Positions 43,569 to 53,318 of a DNA stretch of 64,000 nucleotides are shown piece by piece. Numbering within the stretch: position 1 is the stretch's first letter; each line of letters begins with the position of its first letter. The notes below the pieces were generated by a model. That model was not told the origin of the DNA. It saw nothing but the letters and a program-made list of their open reading frames with translations, and made no database searches. The position numbers and the translations under genes were made by a program. This DNA comes from Candidatus Moraniibacteriota bacterium (GTDB lineage Bacteria; Patescibacteriota; Minisyncoccia; Moranbacterales; UBA9337), in NCBI GenBank assembly GCA_028695135.1, contig JAQVJM010000003.1:2571-66570 (forward strand). The letters are read 5' to 3'.

Positions 43569-43736
43569 ATGGAAGACAAAAATATCAGAAAATTGGTCAA
43601 GAATGGCAGGGATAGTTATTATGTCTGCGTTCCCAAAGAGATTGTGAAAAAATACGGATGGAAGGAGAAGCAAAAAATGACTATTAAGGATAAGGGAAGA
43701 GGAAAAATTTAAATTTCTGATTGGAGGAATAATTGA
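43569..43736 (+). pseudogene. AbrB/MazE-like DNA-binding protein with in-frame TAA at 43710-43712
   Basis: MEDKNIRKLVKNGRDSYYVCVPKEIVKKYGWKEKQKMTIKDKGRGKI*ISDWRNN*. Confidence 0.65.
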
Positions 43737-43757
43737 AAATATGATACTATTTATTAT

Positions 43758-44189
43758 ATGGCAGATAAAATTATAATGTACACAGACGGAGGTTCTCGCG
43801 GAAATCCCGGGCCGGCCGGAATCGGTGTTTGGATCGAGACGCTTGATAAGAAATACGGAGAGTGTATCGGGAAAAGGACCAATAATGACGCCGAGTATGA
43901 AGCTTTGATTTTCGGGCTTAAAAAGATCAAGGCGCTTTTGGGAAAGGCAAAAGCCAAGAAGTATGAAGTCGAATGTTTTTTGGATAGCGAGTTGGTCGTG
44001 AAACAGCTTAAGCACGAATACAAACTGAAGGAAGAAAGAATCCAAAAGTATTTTATCGAAATTTGGAATCTGATGCTGGATTTCAAGAAAGTCGAGTTTA
44101 GGCATATTCCGCGAGAGAAAAATATTATTGCCGATGGGCTTGTAAATGAAGCGCTCGATAATGATGGATGTCAAAAGAGTTTATTGTAA
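43758..44189 (+). CDS. rnhA: Ribonuclease HI family
   Basis: YTDGGSRGNPG, TNN.AEY.AL, DSELVV.Q, HIPRE.N..AD. Confidence 0.93.
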   Translation: MADKIIMYTDGGSRGNPGPAGIGVWIETLDKKYGECIGKRTNNDAEYEALIFGLKKIKALLGKAKAKKYEVECFLDSELVVKQLKHEYKLKEERIQKYFIEIWNLMLDFKKVEFRHIPREKNIIADGLVNEALDNDGCQKSLL

Positions 44190-44190
44190 A

Positions 44191-44329
44191 TTCCTCCCCC
44201 TTTGGAAAAGGGGGATAAGAGGGGGATTTGAAAATTTTGCGAATGGGATTAAGTGGAGATTATTGAAAGCTTTTCAAATCCCTCTCCCGCTCTTCGTGAA
44301 GTGCGGGATCTCTCTTTGCTAAAGGGAGA
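44191..44329. repeat. REPIN/MITE-like composite palindromic element, copy 2
   Basis: CCCCCTTT-GG-AAAAGGGGG ... GGGATTTGAAAA ... TTTTCAAATCCC ... CTCTTT-GCT-AAAGGG; similar to 19570-19723. Confidence 0.7.
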
Positions 44330-44351
44330 GTAAAAAATAAACAAATATACT

Positions 44352-45356
44352 ATGAAGAAATTTATAATCTGGGCAATCATAATAATTCTTATCGGTGGTG
44401 CAATCTTTTACTTTACTAGGTCGAAAGATGATAGTGGCAGGTATGTTACAGCAAGAGCGGCTAAGGCAGATATTATACAGACAGTTTCTGTAACTGGGGA
44501 AATAGTTCCCATAAATGAAGCGAATGTCAGTTTTGAAGTAAGCGGAACGATAAAGGACGTTTATGCGGAGGTGGGAGATTATATCAAAGCTGGAGACAAA
44601 ATCGCTGTTCTCGATGATTCGGTTATACAGTCCCAGTTGAGGGAAGCTTATTTGGAATTAGAAAGGCAAGAGGACATATTAAAACAATCCAGGAGGCAGC
44701 TGTGGGATGATATGAGTCCTGATGAAAAGTCTGCGGCCAAACTGGTTGTGGAAAAAGCCAGAGCGTCTGTTTGGACGCTTCAAAAACAAGCGAAAAAAAA
44801 TGTCTTGTATGCTCCGATTGACGGAATTATCGTCAAAAAATACCTAAAAAAAGGGGAATTAGCTATGCCCTCCTCCCCGGTGGTTATGATTATGGGAGAA
44901 GGCGGACTTGAGATTAAGGCCGATATTCCCGAATCGGATATAGTCAAGATCCGCATAGGCCAGAAAGCAAAAACTACGTTTGACGCTTTTTCTTCCGATG
45001 AAATATTTGAAGCCGAAGTTTCTTTCATAGAGCCGGCAGCCACTATTATACAAGACGTTGTTTATTATAATGTTACTTTTAATATTTTGACCGGTGATGA
45101 CAGATTTAAGCCGGGAATGAGCGCCGATATGGATATTGCCACGGCGGAGAAAAATGATGTTCTGGCGGTTCCGGGACAAACGGTGAAAACCGAAGGAGAA
45201 AATAAATATGTGGAAGTGCTTATTATCGGAGAAGATAAGAAGATAGAAGCGAGAAAAATGGACGTAAAAACAGGCCTTCGCGGAGACGACGGAATGATTG
45301 AAATTATTTCGGGAATTGAAGAGGGGGACGAGGTGATAACTTTTGTCAATGAGTAG
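44352..45356 (+). CDS. MacA-like membrane fusion (periplasmic adaptor) protein
   Basis: N-terminal TM, lipoyl halves (G.I..V...GD, APIDG), KPGMSA, EIISG..EGD.V. Confidence 0.88.
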   Translation: MKKFIIWAIIIILIGGAIFYFTRSKDDSGRYVTARAAKADIIQTVSVTGEIVPINEANVSFEVSGTIKDVYAEVGDYIKAGDKIAVLDDSVIQSQLREAYLELERQEDILKQSRRQLWDDMSPDEKSAAKLVVEKARASVWTLQKQAKKNVLYAPIDGIIVKKYLKKGELAMPSSPVVMIMGEGGLEIKADIPESDIVKIRIGQKAKTTFDAFSSDEIFEAEVSFIEPAATIIQDVVYYNVTFNILTGDDRFKPGMSADMDIATAEKNDVLAVPGQTVKTEGENKYVEVLIIGEDKKIEARKMDVKTGLRGDDGMIEIISGIEEGDEVITFVNE

Positions 45357-45408
45357 CGCTTAAAAGAGTTTTTTAGGAAATCATTTTGTTCTTTTCTGCT
45401 TAAAAAAT

Positions 45409-46131
45409 ATGTTGATTGAAGCCAAAAATCTTTCTAAAACCTATATGAGTGGCGAAGTGGAAACTCGAGCGGTTTGCGATGTCAGTTTTACGATTGATAA
45501 GAAAGAATTTGTAGCCATAATGGGTCCGAGCGGTTCCGGAAAATCGACCCTGATGCAGATGCTAGGACTTTTGGATCGGCCGACTGGAGGAAAATATTTT
45601 TTGGATGGGAGGGATACAAATGAATTTTCAGACGATGAACTTGCAGAATTGAGAAACAAGAGAATAGGATTTGTATTCCAGACGTTTAATCTGTTACCTC
45701 GCACTACGGTTTATGAAAACGTTGAGTTGCCTCTCCTTTATGATCATGCCGCAAGCAATAAGAGAAACAGGGAAGAAATAATGGAGGCGCTTGAGTCAGT
45801 CGGTATGGAGCATCGGGTGAATTATTTTTCCAATCAGCTTTCCGGCGGGGAGAAACAAAGAGTGGCTATCGCCAGAGCTTTGGTTACCGATCCAGAGATA
45901 ATTTTTGCCGATGAGCCGACTGGAAATCTGGATTCCAAAAGCGGAATTCAAATAATGAAAATTCTTCAAGAACTTAATGAAAAAGGAAAAACCATTATTT
46001 TAGTAACCCATGAAAATTATACCGCCAAGCATGCTAAGCGGATACTGAGCATAATTGACGGGAAAATCGTTTCAGACAAGCCGGTTGAAGGTAGAATGAA
46101 AGCTGGAGATAAAGAATATATGCTGAAATAA
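45409..46131 (+). CDS. MacB/LolD-type ABC ATPase
   Basis: [33 protein letters not shown]. Confidence 0.93.
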   Translation: MLIEAKNLSKTYMSGEVETRAVCDVSFTIDKKEFVAIMGPSGSGKSTLMQMLGLLDRPTGGKYFLDGRDTNEFSDDELAELRNKRIGFVFQTFNLLPRTTVYENVELPLLYDHAASNKRNREEIMEALESVGMEHRVNYFSNQLSGGEKQRVAIARALVTDPEIIFADEPTGNLDSKSGIQIMKILQELNEKGKTIILVTHENYTAKHAKRILSIIDGKIVSDKPVEGRMKAGDKEYMLK

Positions 46132-46159
46132 TCGATAATTTTTTCAAAAAACAGAAATT

Positions 46160-47410
46160 ATGAAAAGCATAATAAGCCCGATAAAAATTTCATACAAAAA
46201 TTTATTAGCGGCTAAATTCCGCTCTTTTTTGACTATATTTGGAATAATAATAGGGGTGGCGGCGGTAGTCATAATTTTCGCCGTAGGGCGAAGCGCCCAA
46301 GAATTAGTGCTGGATCAGATAAGAGGCATCGGATCAAACTTAATAGGTATCTTGCCTGGAGCGTCCGAGGAAAGCGGTCCGCCGGCTGCGGTTATGGGAA
46401 TAACCGTCACCACCTTAAAATATGAAGATCTGTTAGAAATAAAAAAGGAAAAAAATGTTCCGGAAATAGAAAATGCCGCTGGATATGTTTCAGGAACAGC
46501 GGTTGTAAAATATCAGGAAGAGGAATTGGGAGTTTCATTTACCGGGACGACTGCCAGCTATTTGGATGTCGAAGACACAGGGATAATAGAGGGTAGGTTC
46601 TTTAGCGAAGACGAGGAAACTAATCTTTCCAAAGTGGCTGTTTTGGGGTCTGAAATCTCCAAGGATATTTTTGACGGAGACAATCCGATCGGAAAAAAAA
46701 TAAAGATAAATAATCATAAGTTTACGGTAATTGGGACATTGAAAGAAAGGGAGGCAGCCGCTTTCGGAATTTCCAGCCAAAATGACAGCATTTTTATCCC
46801 TCTTTTTACCGCCCAGAAGCTTATTTTAGGGATAAGCCATTTGGCCTTTATCCGAGCCAAAGTGGATACGGTTGGAAATATTCCTCTAGCAAAAGAAAAT
46901 ATTTCCGCATTATTGAGGAATCAGCACGATATCGACAATCCGAAGGATGATGATTTTTCCATCCGCGATCAAGCTTCGGCGGTTGAGATAGTTGGCAGCG
47001 TTACGGATGCGATCAGATATTTTCTTTTGGCAGTCGGAACGATTTCCTTGATTGTGGGAGGAGTGGGGGTCATGAATGTTATGCTGATTGCCGTAAACCA
47101 AAGGATCCAGGAGGTGGGATTAAGAAAAGCTGTCGGAGCCAAAAATTTTGACGTGATGCTACAATTTTTGATCGAATCGGCCTCTATATCTTTTTTGGGA
47201 GGAGCAATCGGGATAATATTGGGCATATTTATTTCCTTTCTAGTTTATCTGGCGGTAAACGCGCTGGGATACGACTGGCAATTTTTGATTTCAATAGAAT
47301 CGATATTCGTGGCCTCCTCCGTTTCCATCTTGATCGGGGTGATTTTTGGCCTTTATCCTGCCTACAAAGCCTCAAAAATAAGTCCGATGGAGGCTTTGAG
47401 GTATGAATGA
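46160..47410 (+). CDS. MacB/FtsX-type ABC permease
   Basis: RSFLT..GIIIGV, VGGVGVMN.M, E.GLRKAVGA, P.EALRYE. Confidence 0.92.
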   Translation: MKSIISPIKISYKNLLAAKFRSFLTIFGIIIGVAAVVIIFAVGRSAQELVLDQIRGIGSNLIGILPGASEESGPPAAVMGITVTTLKYEDLLEIKKEKNVPEIENAAGYVSGTAVVKYQEEELGVSFTGTTASYLDVEDTGIIEGRFFSEDEETNLSKVAVLGSEISKDIFDGDNPIGKKIKINNHKFTVIGTLKEREAAAFGISSQNDSIFIPLFTAQKLILGISHLAFIRAKVDTVGNIPLAKENISALLRNQHDIDNPKDDDFSIRDQASAVEIVGSVTDAIRYFLLAVGTISLIVGGVGVMNVMLIAVNQRIQEVGLRKAVGAKNFDVMLQFLIESASISFLGGAIGIILGIFISFLVYLAVNALGYDWQFLISIESIFVASSVSILIGVIFGLYPAYKASKISPMEALRYE

Positions 47411-47505
47411 AATAATTATTAACTTTCCACTCAGCGAGGGGAGGATTGGAAATATAAAATAAATTATTTGGAAACTATTATTTAGAATCTAGTTATTAAT
47501 TTCAT

Positions 47506-48786
47506 ATGAGTGAATTTATCATATCAATCAGTTTGGCGCTGAGAACTCTTTCAGGAAATAAGATCCGCACGATTTTCTCGCTCTTGGGAATAGTCATAGG
47601 GGTGACTTCGGTAATTCTGATTTTGTCCTTGGGAAACGGTCTTAAAGATTTCGTCAATTCCCAGGTCGAGGCTTTCGGGACGGATATCATCGAAATTGAG
47701 ATAAAAGTGCCTCAAACATCTCAAATATCTTCGCAAAATATAAGCGGTATGGCGGGAGGAATGCAAATAACTACTCTGAAGATTGAAGATGCCGAAGAAG
47801 TTTCCAACCTGCCCAACCTCGGACCATGGTATGCGGGAATCTTGGGGCAGGAAATTATGGGTTATGAAGGAAAAACCGATCATTTTTACATATTCGGGAT
47901 TACAGCCGGCATGCCTGAAGCGGACAGCGGTTTTGAGATCGTATCGGGAAGATTCTTTTCCGAAAGCGAAGATGAAGGGCTGAGGCAGGTCGTAGTTTTA
48001 GGCTCAAAGGCGGAAGAATATTTTTTCCCGAACGAGGAAGCTCTGGGCAAGGATATAAAAATAGGAAACCAGAAGTATCGGGTTATCGGCGTGGCCAAAC
48101 CGAGAGGCGGGATGGGCGGAGTCTTTGATTATGACGAGATTGTTTATATGCCGGCAAGAACGCTTCAGAAAAAAGTTATGGGGATCGATCATATACAATT
48201 TATCATCTATAAGGTGGAAAATATGGATGTCGTAGACCAGACTATCGCTCAGATGGAAATGGTAATGAGGGACAGACATGGTATTGAGTACAAGAATGAA
48301 GAGGACAAAAAGAAGAAGCTCAAGGATGATTTTGCCATAATTTCAATTGCAGAAGCCAAGGAAATAATAGATAATGTTTTTGTGATAATCAATGTGCTTC
48401 TCGTGGGGCTGGCCTCCATTTCTCTTGTCGTGGGAGGAGTAGGCATAATGAACATAATGTACGTGGCGGTTACCGAAAGGACCAAAGAAATAGGGCTAAG
48501 AAAATCCGTAGGTGCAAAAAATTCCGATATTTTGCTCCAATTTATTTTTGAATCGGTATTCCTCACTTTTATCGGAGGCTTTATGGGAATTTTGATCGGT
48601 TATATCCTTTCTAAAATTATCACCCAATTCGCCCAAAACGCCGGGTTTTTCGTGGAATTTTCCGTTACATGGTATTCCATCCTGATCGGATTCGGTTTTT
48701 CTGCGGCGGTGGGAATAATTTTTGGATATTATCCTGCCCGCAAAGCTTCGCGCTTGAGTCCTATGGAAGCGCTGAGAAAGGAGTAG
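47506..48786 (+). CDS. MacB/FtsX-type ABC permease (paralog)
   Basis: VGGVGIMNIM..V.ERTKEIGLRK, PMEALRKE. Confidence 0.92.
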   Translation: MSEFIISISLALRTLSGNKIRTIFSLLGIVIGVTSVILILSLGNGLKDFVNSQVEAFGTDIIEIEIKVPQTSQISSQNISGMAGGMQITTLKIEDAEEVSNLPNLGPWYAGILGQEIMGYEGKTDHFYIFGITAGMPEADSGFEIVSGRFFSESEDEGLRQVVVLGSKAEEYFFPNEEALGKDIKIGNQKYRVIGVAKPRGGMGGVFDYDEIVYMPARTLQKKVMGIDHIQFIIYKVENMDVVDQTIAQMEMVMRDRHGIEYKNEEDKKKKLKDDFAIISIAEAKEIIDNVFVIINVLLVGLASISLVVGGVGIMNIMYVAVTERTKEIGLRKSVGAKNSDILLQFIFESVFLTFIGGFMGILIGYILSKIITQFAQNAGFFVEFSVTWYSILIGFGFSAAVGIIFGYYPARKASRLSPMEALRKE

Positions 48787-49046
48787 AGCGAGGATATCGG
48801 AATATCCAGCCATTTGCGGTGAGATAACCTTCGGATCATAAATCTGGAATTATTTTTAATCATTTTGTTTCAGAGCAGCGGCTATCCTTGCCGCCAAGGG
48901 CACATTGATCCTAATAACTTTATTTTTCCTAAACACAACAAACCGCGCGTATTGTCAATATTGCGGTATTTTAAACAGTTGTTTATACTTAGTTATAACA
49001 ATTTTGATTATTATTTTTCTAAATAACTTCTTAAATAGAAAAAATT

Positions 49047-49376
49047 ATGGAAGAAGAAAAGGAAATAAAAGATGCGGAAATTAGCGAAACAAAAAAAGAA
49101 GAAAGCGAAAAAAAGAATTATCGAACCGAAATAATCCTAATTTTTATAATAGGATTATTGGCTGGTGTCATGATCAAAGCGGAAGCGGTGAAAAGAATAA
49201 GCATAGGATTTGATGATTATAGAACAGTAACGAGGAGCCATGGATATGACATAGAAGCTATTGAAAAACAACTCATTGAGGATGCCAAGAAAGAGAAAGA
49301 GGCTGCAGAACAGGGATCCGCCGGATTGGAAGGTGGCGAGGAAGTAATCATAGAGGAAAGTGAAGTTTTGGAATAA
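49047..49376 (+). CDS. Hypothetical single-TM protein
   Basis: Charged N-terminus, TM helix, acidic tail. Confidence 0.6.
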   Translation: MEEEKEIKDAEISETKKEESEKKNYRTEIILIFIIGLLAGVMIKAEAVKRISIGFDDYRTVTRSHGYDIEAIEKQLIEDAKKEKEAAEQGSAGLEGGEEVIIEESEVLE

Positions 49377-49476
49377 TGAGGATAAATTATAAAAGGTTTA
49401 TAAGAAAATAAGTAATTTAATAAAGTTGTCTTTTTGCGCATTTAACGTGCCAGAAAAATCAGCTCATTTGTTTTTT

Positions 49477-50553
49477 ATGAATGAAGAAAAAAAAGTCGAT
49501 TCCCATGAAAATGAAGGAGGAAAGATCGAGTCCGAAGAAGAAATAAGAAAAAAAAGAGAAAAAAATCTTATCTCCCTGTCAATTCTCCTGGCAGGCCTTT
49601 TGTTGGGGAGCCTTTTTGTGGATCTTTCCCAGCTTGTAAAAGGCGGAGGAATATCTCAAAAAATACTAAATGAAAAAGACGTTTTCCAATTGAATGGAAA
49701 AACCTGGGTAGCCTATTCCGATCCGATCATAGATGTTACCGTGGTAAATGATGAAGATTGCGAAGAGTGCAATATTGACGAAGCTTTGGTGTGGTTCAGA
49801 AAGATTGTTCCTACTATGCTTGCCAATAAGGTGGAATACGACTCCGAAGAAGGAAATGAAATGATCAAGGATTTCGGGATAAAATATCTCCCCATTTTTA
49901 TTTTTAGCAAGGAGATCGAAGATACCGAATTTTATGCGCAAGCCCAGCCGTTATTCACCCAGAAAAACGAAAAGTATGTCCTGGACGCTTCTAAGTTGGG
50001 TCTGCCTTCGGGAAAGTATGTGGAAATTCCTGAAATAGGAGAAAATGACATAAAAATCGGTCCGGATGACGCTAAAGTAAAGCTGATCGAGTTCTCGGAT
50101 TTCCAATGTCCGTATTGCCAGCTTTTTCATAATACGATAGGAGACATTATTGAAGAATATGGAGACAAAGTTCAGTTAGTGTTTAAAAACTTACCTCTCG
50201 ATTCTATCCATCCAAGAGCCAGGGATGCGGCTATGGCGGCAGAGTGTGCCAATGAACAAGGGAAATTCAAGGAATATGCCGATAAGCTTTTCGCCAATCA
50301 AAAAACATGGTCGGAAGGAACCGGAAATGGAGCTTTTACCAATTACGCTTCCCAGCTAAGCTTGAATACATCTCAATTCAACCAGTGCTTGACCGAAAGA
50401 AAATACAAAGACAAGATAGAAAGCGATCTCAAAGAAGCTGATGAATTCGGAATATCCGGCACTCCCGCACTGTTCATCAATGACACTTTCAAAAACGGAG
50501 TGGTCCAGCTTGATGAATTGAAAAAGGTGATAGATGAAAAACTGTCTCAATAA
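49477..50553 (+). CDS. DsbA/BdbD-like oxidoreductase with extra N-terminal CxxC domain
   Basis: TM; CEEC; EFSDFQCPYC; GISGTP; ATG 49477 preferred. Confidence 0.85.
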   Translation: MNEEKKVDSHENEGGKIESEEEIRKKREKNLISLSILLAGLLLGSLFVDLSQLVKGGGISQKILNEKDVFQLNGKTWVAYSDPIIDVTVVNDEDCEECNIDEALVWFRKIVPTMLANKVEYDSEEGNEMIKDFGIKYLPIFIFSKEIEDTEFYAQAQPLFTQKNEKYVLDASKLGLPSGKYVEIPEIGENDIKIGPDDAKVKLIEFSDFQCPYCQLFHNTIGDIIEEYGDKVQLVFKNLPLDSIHPRARDAAMAAECANEQGKFKEYADKLFANQKTWSEGTGNGAFTNYASQLSLNTSQFNQCLTERKYKDKIESDLKEADEFGISGTPALFINDTFKNGVVQLDELKKVIDEKLSQ

Positions 50554-50641
50554 TTTAAAAATCTGAGCATATCGGAGCCCCGGTTATTTTTCCGGGGCTT
50601 TTAAGTTTGACAAAAAATTTAATTGGTATAATATTTATGAT

Positions 50642-50722
50642 ATGGATAAATCGAAAAACCTACTGATTATAATTAGCTCGATTATTATTGGCCGAAGAGG
50701 TCAGTCGGTTTTTGCGGGTTAA
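50642..50722 (+). CDS. Leader peptide 1 (Ile-rich), 26 aa
   Basis: MDKSKNLLIIISSIIIGRRGQSVFAG; just downstream of TTGACA (50607) and TGnTATAAT (50624-32). Confidence 0.75.
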   Translation: MDKSKNLLIIISSIIIGRRGQSVFAG

Positions 50723-50772
50723 AAAGGTAGAAAATTTCGCAGAAGCAAGCTGATCTCGCGGTCAGTTTTTTT
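50697..50772 (+). promoter_or_regulatory. Attenuator 1: antiterminator 50697-716/50738-757 versus terminator 50747-772
   Basis: gaggtcagt..gtttttgcg pairs with cgcagaagc..gctgatctc; aagctgatc-tcgc-ggtcagttttttt. Confidence 0.75.
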
Positions 50773-50809
50773 GTTTAGTAATTTTAAAATTAAATAAAAG
50801 GAGAGAAAA

Positions 50810-51115
50810 ATGGTGGAAAAAAGACTGAGGGAAAAATACGGAAAAATTATTGATGAGGGGATGGGAATAGTCGTGATATTTTTTGAGAATCTGGACGATG
50901 ATTCCCCTCACGGGGGGCCTATCAGCATAACAAAGGTCATTGATGATATGAATTTCATCAACGCTTTTTGTAGCGGAGCGCTCTCGATATATAAAAGTAT
51001 AAAGGGTGCTTCAATTTATGTCGTGTTTAAAAATGGCTCTTTGAGAGTAGAAAAGTATACAGGACATCCAATCTTCAGAAATCCAAACTGTTGCGGCGGC
51101 GAAATCGCAATTTAA
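50810..51115 (+). CDS. Hypothetical 101-aa protein downstream of attenuator 1
   Basis: AAGGAG SD; terminator hairpin at 51136-51172. Confidence 0.65.
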   Translation: MVEKRLREKYGKIIDEGMGIVVIFFENLDDDSPHGGPISITKVIDDMNFINAFCSGALSIYKSIKGASIYVVFKNGSLRVEKYTGHPIFRNPNCCGGEIAI

Positions 51116-51230
51116 CTTTATTCCAAAACAAGAACAAGGATTGTATCGGTCAACGATTGATGCGATCCTTTTAAATTTGACAAAAACAAAATGTGTGATA
51201 TTTTAAAATTGGAATATTTAGCAAAGATCA

Positions 51231-51449
51231 ATGAGTATTCAAATTTGTAAAATGACATATAAAATAATAAGCGGATGGGCGAATCCTTATGCCGGAATTT
51301 TTAATGTGAAACTCAAGGCCTGTATGGTTTCTGCAAATTGTGATGAATTTTTGGAAAAAAATGAAAAATTCAAAAAAATCTAAGATATTTGCGATAAAAG
51401 CGATTTTTTAAAACCATCTCGGCCGGGTCAAAAAGCCGAGATTTTTTTT
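51231..51449 (+). promoter_or_regulatory. uORF (51231-51383) plus antiterminator/terminator upstream of ABC exporter
   Basis: 50-aa uORF; ggcc..atggttt (51317-30) pairs with aaaccat..ggcc (51411-24), overlapping terminator atctcggc/gccgagat-T-tract. Confidence 0.5.
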
Positions 51450-51485
51450 GGAATATTTTTTAAAAGTTATTATGTCTCAAGAAAC

Positions 51486-53255
51486 ATGAGTAGGGAAAAA
51501 AGAAAGAAAAAAGAGGGGTTTTGGTCTGAATTGCTGGATCTGCTTGCGCCTTCGGTAAAAACGATGAAAAGGATATTCATCCTGATGATATTCGTGGAAG
51601 CTGTCAAGTTGGTCGGGCCTTATCTGCTCAAAGTAATAATCGACGTTCTGACGGATTTTTCAAACGACCGGGTCTTTCTTTTGCTTGTTTTGGCAGGAGG
51701 ATATTTTTTGAGCTTGCAGGCCGTTTCCATCCTTGATTATTTGCAATACAAAAAAGTCTTTAGGATGCTCATAAACATAGAATATTATCTTCCGGTTAGA
51801 GCGGAGAAAAAATTGATGGACCTGCCTCTCAGCTATCATGAGAAGGAGGGAACAGGAAATAAGATCATAAAGATCGAGAAAGGAGCGACTCGTATCATTG
51901 ATCTTATGGCCAACGCTTCGTGGGAAGTCGTTCCCACGCTTCTGCAGCTGGTAGCCACCCTGGCGGTCCTCTTGGCAGTGAATCCTTGGTTCGGGGCCGT
52001 TTTTGCCTTCTTTTCCCCGATTTTCATCTGGATAACCTATGATGTAAACAGGAAGCTCTATCCTATCAGAAAGAGAAGATGGAAAAGGAACGAAGAATCT
52101 TACGGAAAAATGGCCCAGTCGATCATTAATATAAACACCGTCAAATCTTTCGCGCAAGAAATACGGGAAGCCCGGGAATTTAAAAGCATAAAGAAAAAAA
52201 TAAGAGATGCCGAATTTAGAGAGTGGTTTTATCTTTTAAAAATAGGGCTGGCGAGAAATCTGGTCATCGATTTCGGAAGATTAAGCATTCTTTTTCTCGG
52301 AGCTTATTTTGTCTGGAGCGGAATTGAAACTATCGGCACGCTTGTCTTCGTATTTACTCTTTCGGAGAAATCCTATCTTTCTCTTTACAGATTGAGCCGT
52401 TTTTACGATAAGCTAGAAGAAGGCAAAGAAGCGGTCGGAAGGTTCATAAAGCTCACCAAGGCCAAATCAAATATAATCAATCCCCAAAACGGGATTAAGC
52501 CGGAAAGATTGCAGGGAAAAATAGAATTCAAAAACGTCAGTTTTTCTTATAAAAAAGAGGACGAGAAAGCCCTTAGAAACATAAATCTCAAAATAATTCC
52601 TGAAAGCAAGGTGGCTTTGGTAGGTCCCTCCGGGGGAGGAAAAACTACCTTGGCCAGAATGATTTATCGCCATTATGATCCCAAGTCCGGAGAGATCCTT
52701 TTGGATGGAAGAAATTTGAAGGATTATGATATTTATTCGATGCGCAAGAAGATGGCGATTGTCCCTCAGGAAGTGGAAATTTTCGACTCAAGCATCCGCG
52801 ATAATATTTCTTATGCCAATCCCAAGGCCGGCTTTAAAGAAATTCAAGCCGTAGCCAGAGTGGCTAATGCGGATGAATTCATCCAGAAACTGAGCAACGG
52901 CTATGATACTTTGGTCGGAGAAAGGGGAACCAGGCTCTCCGGCGGCCAAAGACAGAGGATAGGGATAGCTAGGGCGCTTTTGGCCAATCCTGATATAATT
53001 ATTTTTGACGAGGCTACCAGTAATTTGGACAGCCAAAGCGAAAGACTTATCCAGGAGGCTATGGAGAGAATAAGCAAAGGAAGGACGATAATCATAATTG
53101 CCCATCGCTTGAGCACGGTCAAAAAAGCGGATAAAATAGTTGTTATTGAAGAAGGAAAGATCATTGAGGAAGGAAATCACTGTGAACTTTCAGAGAGCAG
53201 AGGCGGAGTTTACGCCAGACTTTTAAAGTTGCAAAAAATGGGAGATATCGAATAG
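51486..53255 (+). CDS. ABC exporter, fused TMD-NBD (MsbA/Sav1866-like)
   Basis: Hydrophobic TMD; GPSGGGKTT, LSGGQRQR, DEATS.LD, IAHRLST. Confidence 0.93.
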   Translation: MSREKRKKKEGFWSELLDLLAPSVKTMKRIFILMIFVEAVKLVGPYLLKVIIDVLTDFSNDRVFLLLVLAGGYFLSLQAVSILDYLQYKKVFRMLINIEYYLPVRAEKKLMDLPLSYHEKEGTGNKIIKIEKGATRIIDLMANASWEVVPTLLQLVATLAVLLAVNPWFGAVFAFFSPIFIWITYDVNRKLYPIRKRRWKRNEESYGKMAQSIININTVKSFAQEIREAREFKSIKKKIRDAEFREWFYLLKIGLARNLVIDFGRLSILFLGAYFVWSGIETIGTLVFVFTLSEKSYLSLYRLSRFYDKLEEGKEAVGRFIKLTKAKSNIINPQNGIKPERLQGKIEFKNVSFSYKKEDEKALRNINLKIIPESKVALVGPSGGGKTTLARMIYRHYDPKSGEILLDGRNLKDYDIYSMRKKMAIVPQEVEIFDSSIRDNISYANPKAGFKEIQAVARVANADEFIQKLSNGYDTLVGERGTRLSGGQRQRIGIARALLANPDIIIFDEATSNLDSQSERLIQEAMERISKGRTIIIIAHRLSTVKKADKIVVIEEGKIIEEGNHCELSESRGGVYARLLKLQKMGDIE

Positions 53256-53318
53256 GCTGCCGGATATTGAAATTTAACCTTCTATGCTATAGAATATTTC
53301 TATTCGCTAGTTTTAATT

